Below are positions 18,520 through 27,918 of a stretch of 64,000 bases of DNA, in pieces. Made by a program: the position numbers and the translations under genes. The notes under the pieces are model-generated. The model was not told where the DNA came from. It worked only from the letters and a program-made list of their open reading frames with translations, and made no database searches. Source of the stretch: Nibricoccus sp. (lineage in GTDB: Bacteria; Verrucomicrobiota; Verrucomicrobiia; Opitutales; Opitutaceae); NCBI GenBank assembly GCA_047602425.1, contig JASGHG010000001.1:1120001-1184000 (forward strand), written 5' to 3'. Every line of letters starts with the position of its first letter. Position 1 is the stretch's first letter.

Positions 18520-18816
18520 TTAGACGGTCTCGACGAAGGTGCGGTAGACGTTGTTGTTGAGGCGAAGGCGTTCCTTGAGGGCGCCAGGGCCATCGGCCGG
18601 GGCGGCAAAGTTCATCTGCACGTAGGTCGCGGCGACGAGCTTGGCGTCGGTCACGCGGGCAAAGTCTTTCTTGCCGAGATTCTCGACGGCCGAAACTTCG
18701 CCTTGGATGGCGGTGATTTCGTTTTTTACGCCTTCGATGATCTGTTCGATGGTGTCTTCCTTGCCGCTGTTATCGAGGATGAAAGTGGCGCGGTAGTTGC
18801 GTTTGGTGGAGCTCAT
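18520..18816 (-). CDS. rpsF: 30S ribosomal protein S6
   Basis: RNYRATFIL, ENLGKKDFA, YVQMNF, LKERLRLNNNVYR; lies between pth and ssb. Confidence 0.9.
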   Translation of the reverse strand: MSSTKRNYRATFILDNSGKEDTIEQIIEGVKNEITAIQGEVSAVENLGKKDFARVTDAKLVAATYVQMNFAAPADGPGALKERLRLNNNVYRTFVETV

Positions 18817-19397
18817 TTTGTTTCTCTTCTATTAAGTGTGTTCATGGCCCGGTCGGCGCCTTGTTCGAGAAGGAGCGTGAGGCCGGAGACGTAATTGTCT
18901 AGTTTTTGATCGACGAGTGTCTGTTGTTCAGGGGTGAATTTTCCGAGGACGAAGTCCTTGAGGTCCATTTGCGCGGGTTGTTTGGGGCCGATGCCGAGGC
19001 GATAGCGGACGAAGCCATCGCCGAGGTGCTCAAGCAGACTGGCAACACCGTTGTGGCCGCCGGCGCTGCCGTTGACTGAGACTTTCACGAGACCGAGATC
19101 GATCGTCAGATCGTCGTAGATCGCGATGATCGATGCGGGCTCCAACTTGTAGAAATTAGCAAGCGCACGGACGGCGCGGCCGCTTTCGTTCATGAAGGTT
19201 TGCGGTTGAGCAAAGTAGAAAGTCTGCCCCGGCGCGCGGTCCCAACGAGCGACCACAGCGTCAAACTGCGCCTGTTTTTTCCAGGCGAGCCCGAGTTTGC
19301 GGGCGAGAGCCTCGATCACGATAAAACCCAGATTGTGGCGGGTTTTTTCGTATTCGCGGCCCGGATTGCCGAGGCCGGCAACGAGCGTAATGGACAT
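18813..19397 (-). CDS. pth: Peptidyl-tRNA hydrolase
   Basis: GLGNPGREYEKTRHNLGF, PQTFMNESG, GSAGGHNG, RLGIG, DFVL. Confidence 0.97.
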   Translation of the reverse strand: MSITLVAGLGNPGREYEKTRHNLGFIVIEALARKLGLAWKKQAQFDAVVARWDRAPGQTFYFAQPQTFMNESGRAVRALANFYKLEPASIIAIYDDLTIDLGLVKVSVNGSAGGHNGVASLLEHLGDGFVRYRLGIGPKQPAQMDLKDFVLGKFTPEQQTLVDQKLDNYVSGLTLLLEQGADRAMNTLNRRETK

Positions 19398-19457
19398 GAC
19401 TCAAAGAACAATCGTCCGGCCAGCCGCGGTCAAGCGGCCAGCCGGAACGGGAAAACG

Positions 19458-20225
19458 TTATTTCTTGGCGGGAGCGGCCGGTTTGGCAGCGGCGGCGGGA
19501 GCAGCGGCTTTGGCACCGGCAGCAGGAGCGGCGGCCTTCGCATCGCCAGCGGCGGGAGCGGCGGCAGCGCCAGCGGCAGGAGCAGCGGCACCGGCAGCAG
19601 GAGCAGCGGCGGCATCGCCAGCGGCAGGCGTGGCGGCGACAGCGGCAGCGACTTCGGCCACGGGCTCGACGCACGAAACGACGGGCTGGCTCGCATCATC
19701 GCGGTACTCGACGCCGGGAACGGCCTTGAGTTCGCCAACGTGGATAGTCTCGCCGACTTTCAAATTGGTAACGTCCACCTCGATAAACGCAGGCAGATCT
19801 TTCGGCAGCGTGCGGATGCGCACGAACTGGTTCGGGGTTTCGAGAACGCCGCTCTGGTTCTTAACGCCAAAGGATTCGCCGACGAGGGCGATCTTGACGC
19901 GGATTTCGAACTTCTCGTCTGCCTTGACCTCGTGGAGGTCGACATGAAGGAAGCGATCGGTGATCGGATCGCGCTGCACTTCCTGGAGGAAGGAGAGAGC
20001 GGACTCCGATTTGTCCTTGCGCTTGAGTTCGATGAGCGAAGCGGAACCGGCGATCGACTTAACGAGGCGGGTGAACTCCGGAGCATCGACGGCGAGCTTT
20101 TCAGGCTGCGTGTGTTTCCCGTAAAGAATCGCGGGAATCAGATTGACCTTGCGCAAACGGCGGGAGGCCGAACGGCCTGTGTTGGCGCGAGGAGATACGT
20201 TGAGTGTGAACTGTTTTTTTGACAT
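19458..20225 (-). CDS. rplY: 50S ribosomal protein L25 / Ctc with Ala/Pro-rich tail
   Basis: GRSASRRLR..IPAILYG, EVQRDP..LHVD, LPAFIEVDVTNL.VGETIHV. Confidence 0.95.
   Translation of the reverse strand: MSKKQFTLNVSPRANTGRSASRRLRKVNLIPAILYGKHTQPEKLAVDAPEFTRLVKSIAGSASLIELKRKDKSESALSFLQEVQRDPITDRFLHVDLHEVKADEKFEIRVKIALVGESFGVKNQSGVLETPNQFVRIRTLPKDLPAFIEVDVTNLKVGETIHVGELKAVPGVEYRDDASQPVVSCVEPVAEVAAAVAATPAAGDAAAAPAAGAAAPAAGAAAAPAAGDAKAAAPAAGAKAAAPAAAAKPAAPAKK
19464..19650 (-). repeat. Low-complexity coding repeat (AAAPAAG-like units) in the L25 C-terminal tail
   Basis: Translation AAAAPAAGAAAPAAGAAAAPAAGDAKAAAPAAGAKAAAPAAAAK. Confidence 0.8.
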
Positions 20226-20432
20226 GGTTTCGTTCCCCCTGTGACCCCGGGAATCGGAGGCAGGCGTAGTGGAAAAGGGTTCGAGGGAATAGGTCCGGGG
20301 GGCGGTATGGCAACCAAAACTTTGGGCAAGCCCCATTTTTCCGTCATTTCGCGTAAAAGGAGCATTGACAACGGCGCGCAGCCGACTGTTTTTCGACCCT
20401 CCTTTCGCGCGGTGTAACCGCCGAAGCCACGT

Positions 20433-20507
20433 TGCCCGGTAGCTCAGTGGCAGAGCAGGTGACTGTTAATCACTTGGTCGAAGGTTCGATCCCTTCCCGG
20501 GCAGCCA
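20433..20507 (+). tRNA. tRNA-Asn (GTT)
   Basis: Full cloverleaf: acceptor TGCCCGG/CCGGGCA, D arm GCTC/GAGC, anticodon arm GGTGA-CTGTTAA-TCACT with GTT at 20465-20467, T arm GAAGG-TTCGATC-CCTTC, encoded CCA. Confidence 0.98.
20462..20507 (+). repeat. attL (3' 46 bp of tRNA-Asn)
   Basis: ACTGTTAATCACTTGGTCGAAGGTTCGATCCCTTCCCGGGCAGCCA; 45/46 identical to 30217-30262. Confidence 0.93.
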
Positions 20508-20552
20508 GCTCCTTCAAGGAGATGGGGAATTACAAGAAGCGTCAGGGAATTC

Positions 20553-20573
20553 GTCTGGGCCATTTCTGGGCCA
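20553..20573. repeat. Putative integrase arm-type site, left copy
   Basis: GTCTGGGCCATTTCTGGGCCA (tandem CTGGGCCA), identical to 30062-30082. Confidence 0.7.
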
Positions 20574-20825
20574 TTTTCATCGCACAGCTCCCCGCGATGC
20601 AACAGACGCATTCACTAGAGGCATAGCCTGCTCTCACCAGAGAAAATAAGTCGTGGGACGTCCTATCGCCGATCTTATTTCCCGTTCGCAAAATGAAGTG
20701 CTCCGACAAGCGTACATTCTGCCACACCTTGCGTGCTAGTGCCCCACTCGTCCCGTTGAGCCTCGCTATGGGTAGTTCGGATACATGCTCTTGCGCAAAC
20801 ATTAGTGATCATATAATCAACAAAA

Positions 20826-23108
20826 ATGATCAAATGGCTCCCCCGGGTGATGTTACTTTTGGCCTGCTTGATATATTCGCCCCTGCGAGGCCAACAACCA
20901 GCAAAATCTCCGTTCATCGGAACTTGGTCGGTAAGGATTCCAGATTACGGGTGGATTGCACTTAACGTTGGTGACAATGGGGGCGGACAGATCAGCGGTG
21001 CCGGTCTTTGGTGGTTTGTCGAGCTACTTGATAGAGGGTTCGCAACTAGAGTTGAAGGCTCTCGGCTTTACCTTGAGACCTATAACCATAAACACCAACG
21101 GATTCCTTGTTTTTCCTTTGAACTGACTATTGAGGGAAAACTGAGATTATTGAGCGGAGGGATCATTTCCGATCCCATTCCCTCTCCCTTTTCAAACCTC
21201 ATCTTGGATAGGAACCAGAAGATGTTCTTTTGGCATGAACTGACCAGCTACAGGATAGATGCGAGCGATTACAACAAATGGCATGATCACGGTTCGTTAA
21301 AGGCTTTGCCTGTTACCTGGCAAACTGATGTTGCCGTAGCTACGGGCCGCTTGTTCGCATTAGACGACCACCTACTTAAGCCTGTGTTGGCGCTGCCGTC
21401 GCTCCCCGCGTCCTTCCTCGCGGAGGTGTACGGATGGACACAGGAAAAACCAGCGTGGAACGAAGGTATCGACTACATCATCAGAGCGATAGCCCAAAAT
21501 CCGAACTGCGAACAATCCATCTTGGAAAAAATATGGCAACACCCGGACAACCCACAATTATGGCTAGCAGCGGCAGCCAATCGTAATGCTCGACCGGAAT
21601 GGGGCGCCACTGTGGTTGATCGGATCATGAAATCCGATGAGCGTGTAAAGTCACGCGCCACATGGGACGGCAGCGGCCCCTCAGAACTTTACGAAAGACT
21701 CATTCAGGACGGTCCAAAAACTCGAGCAGAACTCGCATCGAGCCGTAAGATGCCGACGTTTGTTTACGAAACGCTCATGCGCGATTTCGCAACCGAAACA
21801 AGAATGGCCCTCGCAAGAAACGAAGCGGTTCCTACAACCCTGATTGAAGAACTCGCGCTTCTAGATGACCGCAATCTCCGCATGACGCTCATCTACAACC
21901 GTCAACTAGCGGCAACAACTCGCTCCCGACTTGTCAAAATGATTTCCCAAACCGCCGTCCCAAAAGAATTCAGCGGACTGGCGTACGATCGCGATGCGCC
22001 TCCGGAGTTTCTTTCCCGCTGTGCGGCTGATTTGGATCCCGGTATTCGCACCAACGTGGCGAGCAATTCTCAAACGGATCAGGCAACGCTCCTTCGCCTA
22101 GCCAATGACGAAGCGCGAGAAACTGCCCGGACTGCGCGCGAATCGTTAAAGAAGCGATTCCCTACCGTTTTTGCACAAGTGTCATCCACCCTAACGCCTC
22201 TAGAAACTCTTGAACAAGACTGTTCCCCTCTACAGCGCTTCCGCCAAGCGATCGAACGATCCGACCTGAAGGAGCTCACCCACCTTACAGAGTACCTTAG
22301 AACCAAAGATGAGTTGGAGTCCGTCCTAAGCGCTACCGCTAACGACGTGATCAAGGCTTACCGACCAGCGGTCATGGATTTCTTTCTAGCACAAGATTTC
22401 AACAAATATCACGTTGCGCTTACCGATCTGGCGGCCCAATGCGGAGGGGATCAGCAATGGCTAAGCTATTTCAAAGCACATGGTGCTTTTGACAAAAGTC
22501 TGCCTGGGCGGGCCTATGAAAAAGCAATAGAAACTGGGCGCGTCGAAAATGTCGCAGGATTAATCAAGGCGAAAGTCGACGTGAACCAGCAAAGCTCACA
22601 AAATATGAGCGCACTCCATCATGCGGTGATTCGTCGAAATCTTACAATGGTGGCGCTCCTTGTTGATGCAGGTGCAAAATTCGACGTCCGAGATCAATAT
22701 GGTCGCACTCCCTTAGATTATGCAGTCCTGGCCAAATTCATTCCGGCAATTAAGCTCCTTGATCGGGAGAAAAAACATACAGCCATCATCGAACAGTTTA
22801 CCAATGAGTTCCCATCTGCACCAAAAGATTCCCCCTTTCTTGGGCAATGGACGAATAACCGCGACGGATTTTATACTGTCGTTATTAAATTCGATAGTGA
22901 AGGCACTGGGTATCTCTCAGCGTCCATTGCTTCGTTGCTGATTGCCTGGCGAAGCACAGCAAAAAACGAGGCCGTCGCCTTCATCTTCAATGAAAAAGGT
23001 GAAGTAGAAAAATCCATGCCCATCCACCTCCTTCTGGACCCCGTATCGGAAGAAATTATTTTCGAGCCGCAAAAAGGGGAAAAGCAAAGGTTGCGACGCA
23101 TAAAGTGA
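20826..23108 (+). CDS. Exported protein with LRV/HEAT-like helical repeats and ankyrin repeats (element cargo)
   Basis: Signal peptide; repeats IAQNPNC, LARNEAVP, VASNSQT; ankyrin-type SALHHAV..NLTMVALLVDAGA..D.YGRTPLDYA. Confidence 0.8.
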   Translation: MIKWLPRVMLLLACLIYSPLRGQQPAKSPFIGTWSVRIPDYGWIALNVGDNGGGQISGAGLWWFVELLDRGFATRVEGSRLYLETYNHKHQRIPCFSFELTIEGKLRLLSGGIISDPIPSPFSNLILDRNQKMFFWHELTSYRIDASDYNKWHDHGSLKALPVTWQTDVAVATGRLFALDDHLLKPVLALPSLPASFLAEVYGWTQEKPAWNEGIDYIIRAIAQNPNCEQSILEKIWQHPDNPQLWLAAAANRNARPEWGATVVDRIMKSDERVKSRATWDGSGPSELYERLIQDGPKTRAELASSRKMPTFVYETLMRDFATETRMALARNEAVPTTLIEELALLDDRNLRMTLIYNRQLAATTRSRLVKMISQTAVPKEFSGLAYDRDAPPEFLSRCAADLDPGIRTNVASNSQTDQATLLRLANDEARETARTARESLKKRFPTVFAQVSSTLTPLETLEQDCSPLQRFRQAIERSDLKELTHLTEYLRTKDELESVLSATANDVIKAYRPAVMDFFLAQDFNKYHVALTDLAAQCGGDQQWLSYFKAHGAFDKSLPGRAYEKAIETGRVENVAGLIKAKVDVNQQSSQNMSALHHAVIRRNLTMVALLVDAGAKFDVRDQYGRTPLDYAVLAKFIPAIKLLDREKKHTAIIEQFTNEFPSAPKDSPFLGQWTNNRDGFYTVVIKFDSEGTGYLSASIASLLIAWRSTAKNEAVAFIFNEKGEVEKSMPIHLLLDPVSEEIIFEPQKGEKQRLRRIK

Positions 23109-23137
23109 TTGCTCCATCCGGTGCCGTCGAATTCCGC

Positions 23138-23368
23138 TCAAGAGCACTGGATGCGCGCCGCCTCGATCAAGGCGAGAACCTCGGCTTCGTCGAACAAAAC
23201 GACACGAGCGTTGATTTTATGGCGCGCGATTTTTCCGTCGTTCGCCCAACGGAAAATAGTCCGCGGGCAGACCCCTAGCCTTTCGGCAACGACTTTTGCT
23301 TTGCTAAATTTCCTCGCAGGAACCCCGTTAGCCACCGAGCCAGTTTGATTTGATAATGTGGTTTTCAT
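23138..23368 (-). CDS. Small helix-turn-helix DNA-binding protein, Xis/AlpA-like (probable recombination directionality factor)
   Basis: 76 aa, basic; KVVAERLGVCPRTIFRWANDGKI..HKI..RVVLFDEAEV. Confidence 0.82.
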   Translation of the reverse strand: MKTTLSNQTGSVANGVPARKFSKAKVVAERLGVCPRTIFRWANDGKIARHKINARVVLFDEAEVLALIEAARIQCS

Positions 23369-23403
23369 AATTTTTATTTTCCATTTTTGTATTCGTATTA
23401 TAA

Positions 23404-23805
23404 CTACGCCTCCCAACCACGCGGCTTGAGAAAGAGTTGCCCGTTGTTCGCTGCACGCTTGGTCAGATTCGCCGCAGGCGCGGACGGAAGTGGCAAAAAT
23501 GCAATTTCGGTCACGTAGGAATTTGCTTCCTGCGCACGGTCTAGCGCCAGTTCGGGACAGGCTTTGACTGATTTTAAGGAATGCGCTTCCAGCGCGTCGA
23601 ACAGCGGCTCCAGATTATGCCCGCGTAAGACAACGATCGCTTTGCCAATTTTGACGGTCACGGCATCGGGCTCGCGGTAAGTCCAGCATGCTTCCACGTA
23701 ATCGTGATACGGCAGATTGAGCCGCACTTTTCCGTCGTCGAACGTCACGCTGGGCGACTGCTGTTTCGTTTCAAAAATTGGCCGACCCGGTCGTTCAAAG
23801 TTCAT
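23404..23805 (-). CDS. Hypothetical protein coupled to the relaxase gene
   Basis: 133-aa ORF whose start overlaps the relaxase stop (ATGA); globular composition. Confidence 0.75.
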   Translation of the reverse strand: MNFERPGRPIFETKQQSPSVTFDDGKVRLNLPYHDYVEACWTYREPDAVTVKIGKAIVVLRGHNLEPLFDALEAHSLKSVKACPELALDRAQEANSYVTEIAFLPLPSAPAANLTKRAANNGQLFLKPRGWEA

Positions 23806-26486
23806 ATGTGCATTCCTTTCCGTTCACCTAGTTGTTGTCGTTGGTTCCAGTGCATCCAGTGCTTGATGCGTTCCTGTAAGCGTTCCAAACGCGAGGGAGC
23901 ATTCGTCCAGCTTTGCCGCTCCAAAAATTCCGTGGCGAGTTCGCGGTCGTCCTGCAAACTCTTCAGCCGCCGCACCACGGCTTCGTGCGAAGCGACGTAC
24001 AGATGATGCCGCTCACGATAACGCGTATTGCCGACATAGAATTGCCTCTGGCCTAAGGTTTCGGCGGACTGATGCCCAAGAACTAAAATCGATTCATCCA
24101 CCGTCATACCTTGGGCGCGATACGAGGTCAGCGCGTGGGCATACGTCCAAGTTTTCAATTCGTTCGGCAACCTTCGACCATCGGCAAATAAGATTTCGTT
24201 TTGCGCGACATCGACCCGCTCCACTTCGGCGACTTCTCCGTTTTTGAAGTCGCCGCTGCGCGCCCGAATCAAAATCCGATCGCCCGCCGACACCGTCAGC
24301 ACGACTTTTCGCGCCACCTCGAAAGTCGCTTGGTGCCGACGCGTGACCTTGAACTCTCGCCCAGTTTCGCCGCGTACGCACAACCCGTCCCGCTCGATGC
24401 CGATCACCTCCGCGCTCTGGCCGCGGCGCGTCTGCCGCGTCTGGCGCACAAAATATAGCTGATCGCCGAGCTGATATTGCGACCAATGGATTTTCTGTTC
24501 TGCCGTCCGAGACACCGGCTGCAATGTCGCGCGCTCGACCGTCTCTGTGCCGAGGACACCGTGCCGGCGCAACGCCTCGCGCGCTTTCAAACTGAAGCGA
24601 TCAATTTCATCCCAGAGTGGAATCACGACCAGGGTGTCAATGCCCTCCGCGCGGTTGCGCGCATAGTGCCCCGCCGCGAGTTCGAATAATTTCTCCTCAT
24701 CGGTTTGTTCGCTAACCATCCCGCGTGCCTTCGCCTGACCAAACGCTTCGCACGAGCGTTCCTCGCCCAGCAAGCGACTGATTTCACGGTCGGCGGGATC
24801 TCGCTGCCGCAGCACTTCCGAAAGTCGAACCACCGGCAGCTGCGCGTGCTTCACCACATGGCGCAAGGCATCACCACGTTGGACGCTGTAATGCTGTTTC
24901 GGATCGCCAACCAGGAGCACGCGGAAACGTTGTTCGATCGCGTGCCGAAAAAGTTCCGCGAGTTGACGACTCGACAACAACCCAGCCTCATCGACAAGCA
25001 CAACACGCCCTCGGAGCTCCGTCGGCTTCTGCACCAGAAAGCGCTGCACCGTGTCCGCATCCTTAAACCCGCTTTCGCGTAAACCGTCTCTCGCTTTGGT
25101 GGTAGGCGCCAACGCGATGAACGTTTTTCCGTGATTGAGTCGGTGAGCGTCTTCCAGCGCCGCGAGTAGCGTCGTCTTGCCGGTACCGGCATCGCCGACC
25201 AATACCGCGATGCCATCTTTGTTCTGCAAAAGCTTCCCTGCCGCTGTGCGCTGCCCGGGCGTGAGTTCGTCGGGCAGATCGTCTATGCGCCCAAGAGGAA
25301 AGAAACCATTGCGCAAATTCTGTGCGTCGCGGAGTGCGCGATATTCTTCGCGCACGATCTCCCGCAGAGTCAATTCTCCGTCGTGCTGCACCAAATCGGG
25401 ATGATGTTCGAATGCAGCGCGGAGCCCCTTCCAGTCGAAATACTCCGGATGGAGCAACAGAGCCGCGGCCAGGACTTCGTCCTCGCGCGCGACACTGTTG
25501 CGCTCGAAGACGTGGCGTATTGACGCTTCCAATACGTCCTCCGGACGTCCGAAGGAAGTGTGCGGCTGCTGTTTTTCCTCAAGAGCGCGAGACACGACGG
25601 CCCGAAGCGCTCGCCTTTCGTCTCCACTGAGCTCCGCTTGCTGACGGGTGCGGACCTCGACCGTGGAGACTTCGGCGAGCTTTCGACCGCGCGACTCGCG
25701 CACCAGAATCTCAACCTCTTTCTTGCTGGGCGTGCGCCCGTGTTGCGTCGTGAACGCCTCAACCCGGGACCGCACTTGCCGCGAACGTTTCGAAAAACGC
25801 TCGCGCAAGTGTTCGACGCCTCGGATCGAAAAGCCGTCGGGCTTCAGGTCATATGATTGATAGCCGAGCATTTTGGCCCTCCGGAATAGTTCGCGATAGA
25901 ACACCTGCCGGAGAAATTTCGAGGCTCGCATGAGAGGCTGAGCTTGAAGGGCAAACCAGCGCTCACGCGATTCGTCCCATGTCGCGTTCGCGATCACGAC
26001 ATGCGCGTGCAGCTGCGGATCGAGTTCGCGCGAGGTATCGTGAAAAAACAGCGCAGCGGTCAGATTCGCAGTCAACCGATACGCGTCCGAGCTCGCGGCA
26101 TCGCCCCGACGCTCACGCACGGCGGCGTAACGTTCCATCTCCGCAATCGTCGTGTGCGCCGATTCGCGAAATGCTTCCTGCAGCCGTTCGTCGCCGAGCA
26201 TGGCCAGCACGCTGAAATCTTTCGGCGCGGAAATCTGCACGTCGTAAAACGCAATGCGATCCTTCACGTCACGCGCGGTCAGACGTTCGCCGGTCTCGGG
26301 ATGCTGATTAAGCCGCAGTGCCGCGAACGTTTCGTCCCGAACCACACCGGAAAGACCAAGACGCTCCGCGCCCGCGCCGATCCATTCGCCTTCACGCGCA
26401 CGTTCGCCCTCCGCCCAATAATCATTTTTGCGCAGATGCTGGCTCAAGTAGGTCGAACCGTTACGAATGACTCCGACTGTGATCAT
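23802..26486 (-). CDS. MOBF (TrwC/TraI-like) relaxase with C-terminal SF1 helicase domain
   Basis: N-terminal Tyr motifs STYL/NDYW, GEWIGAGAERLGL, YDVQISAPK, HDTSRELDPQLHAH (HUH), FSKR; helicase GDAGTGKT, LAPT, VDEAG, GDPKQ, LRQ, YAHALTSYRAQG. Start placed at ATG 26486. Confidence 0.93.
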   Translation of the reverse strand: MITVGVIRNGSTYLSQHLRKNDYWAEGERAREGEWIGAGAERLGLSGVVRDETFAALRLNQHPETGERLTARDVKDRIAFYDVQISAPKDFSVLAMLGDERLQEAFRESAHTTIAEMERYAAVRERRGDAASSDAYRLTANLTAALFFHDTSRELDPQLHAHVVIANATWDESRERWFALQAQPLMRASKFLRQVFYRELFRRAKMLGYQSYDLKPDGFSIRGVEHLRERFSKRSRQVRSRVEAFTTQHGRTPSKKEVEILVRESRGRKLAEVSTVEVRTRQQAELSGDERRALRAVVSRALEEKQQPHTSFGRPEDVLEASIRHVFERNSVAREDEVLAAALLLHPEYFDWKGLRAAFEHHPDLVQHDGELTLREIVREEYRALRDAQNLRNGFFPLGRIDDLPDELTPGQRTAAGKLLQNKDGIAVLVGDAGTGKTTLLAALEDAHRLNHGKTFIALAPTTKARDGLRESGFKDADTVQRFLVQKPTELRGRVVLVDEAGLLSSRQLAELFRHAIEQRFRVLLVGDPKQHYSVQRGDALRHVVKHAQLPVVRLSEVLRQRDPADREISRLLGEERSCEAFGQAKARGMVSEQTDEEKLFELAAGHYARNRAEGIDTLVVIPLWDEIDRFSLKAREALRRHGVLGTETVERATLQPVSRTAEQKIHWSQYQLGDQLYFVRQTRQTRRGQSAEVIGIERDGLCVRGETGREFKVTRRHQATFEVARKVVLTVSAGDRILIRARSGDFKNGEVAEVERVDVAQNEILFADGRRLPNELKTWTYAHALTSYRAQGMTVDESILVLGHQSAETLGQRQFYVGNTRYRERHHLYVASHEAVVRRLKSLQDDRELATEFLERQSWTNAPSRLERLQERIKHWMHWNQRQQLGERKGMHI

Positions 26487-26823
26487 GCGCACGATCACGG
26501 CCGAACGCATCGCCATTCTCAACGGCGCGCACCCTCCGATTTTGGTGTAGTCCGCCTACCGCAATTGGTGTACCTGCTCGCACGTCTTCGGTGTGTTTTC
26601 CAGGGAGTATTGGCTACGAATAACGGTTATGGTCGCGCGATCCTCTGGTGTTTTTTATAGCAGAGACGCAATTCCCTAAGCCAAGCTTAGGATTTCGTAA
26701 CTGCATAAATACATCTGATCGTGAAGTCGGCCGACTTCGCTCAAGCGGAGGCTTTTGCCACAGATGAATGTTAATAGCCGATTGTGTATTGCTCGCAGAC
26801 TCACTGCGGATCATTGATACTAC
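26487..26823. promoter_or_regulatory. Divergent promoter region and candidate oriT
   Basis: Non-coding gap upstream of the relaxase with inverted repeats CCTAAGC-CAA-GCTTAGG (26675-26691) and GAAGTCGGCCGACTTC (26723-26738), and direct repeat TTGGTGTA (26542, 26565). Confidence 0.5.
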
Positions 26824-27840
26824 ATGACCACCCCAGCAACCATCGACGACGAAGTCGGGCCGCTGAATGTCGCGGATTGGGACTTCAGCCGGGTGCCCGC
26901 AACAGAGGTTATTGCCTGTTGCCTTTGGGAATATGCCCGAGAGTCGCCCTCAATAGGAATCGCTGCTGAATATCATCGTCTCTTGATGCGCACCATCACG
27001 AAGAACGAGACGTGGGGCGGCCTCCCGTCGGATAAAAAAGCGCTGGCGCAGCATATTGCTCAGGTCGACGCCCAAGCCCGAGCTATCGGCTACCACTCCG
27101 AAACGTTTCTCAAACGCTATTGGGCTTCAGACGTTGCCTACATCAAGTTCTACGAAACGCTTCGCCAAACGGTGTCGTCGAACACAAAACCCTGGCAGGA
27201 AATTGCGGCTTGTCATCGAGCTGTCTTCGTCCAGGAACTCGACGAGCGATCCGTTTTACAGCCACTTTCCGCGTCGTTGATTGGAGAATTGGAGCAGTTG
27301 TGGCAGACAAATAATGGCGCGCTGAAAAAAGTGAGAAACCGAATTCGTCCGCCCAATGACGATAGTGAAGAGTTCGAACTCTATCAAACGTCAATTCCTT
27401 ACGCTTTACCCGATGAGGAACGGCTTTCAGCGACACGAAAGACAGTGGTGGCTTTCACGGTCGATTATTCTCGTTATACCGACCGGGAGATAGTTCACGA
27501 ATTTACGCGTTGGCTGCGTACCAACCGCCCAAAACAATGGCGCCGACCATCTAATCTATTCCCCTCAGTGGCCCGCGGTCGAAAACGCAATGATTTCCGA
27601 GTTGCTTTGGAGAGATTAGGCCTGATGCGCTTGCTGCACTGGAATAGTCCGCGACAACTTCGCCTGAAACTGCCTCGGGCATGGAAACTTTATGGCCAGA
27701 AGCAACCAGTGTTTCGGCGTGAAATTCGCGGCGCAGTGCGTTTTTTCCGCCAATTCTTTCCATTTTTGCCTAAACATGAGGTGCCAAGTTCGCTGGAGCG
27801 CCACACACTTTGGATGCGGCGTTTTCTCGGTACGCAATGA
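26824..27840 (+). CDS. Hypothetical protein with basic C-terminus, possible element regulator
   Basis: 338-aa ORF; motifs DWDF..VP..EV..CCLWEYARES and AFTVDYSRYTDREIV.EF..WL; Arg/Lys-rich C-terminal third. Confidence 0.75.
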   Translation: MTTPATIDDEVGPLNVADWDFSRVPATEVIACCLWEYARESPSIGIAAEYHRLLMRTITKNETWGGLPSDKKALAQHIAQVDAQARAIGYHSETFLKRYWASDVAYIKFYETLRQTVSSNTKPWQEIAACHRAVFVQELDERSVLQPLSASLIGELEQLWQTNNGALKKVRNRIRPPNDDSEEFELYQTSIPYALPDEERLSATRKTVVAFTVDYSRYTDREIVHEFTRWLRTNRPKQWRRPSNLFPSVARGRKRNDFRVALERLGLMRLLHWNSPRQLRLKLPRAWKLYGQKQPVFRREIRGAVRFFRQFFPFLPKHEVPSSLERHTLWMRRFLGTQ

Positions 27841-27918
27841 AGAGTCCATACAGGACATCAAAAGCCGAGTGATTTGATGCCTCTAGTTTTCCGACGGTAG
27901 GATTGCTAAACTGGGTGG

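Noticed and set aside
19200..20222. 340-aa plus-strand ORF with Gly/Ser repeats
   Set aside because: Antisense mirror of rplY and its Ala/Pro tail.
20791..20817. Sigma70 promoter TTGCGC...TATAAT for the cargo gene
   Set aside because: The spacer is only 15 bp; plausible but too weak to list as a feature.
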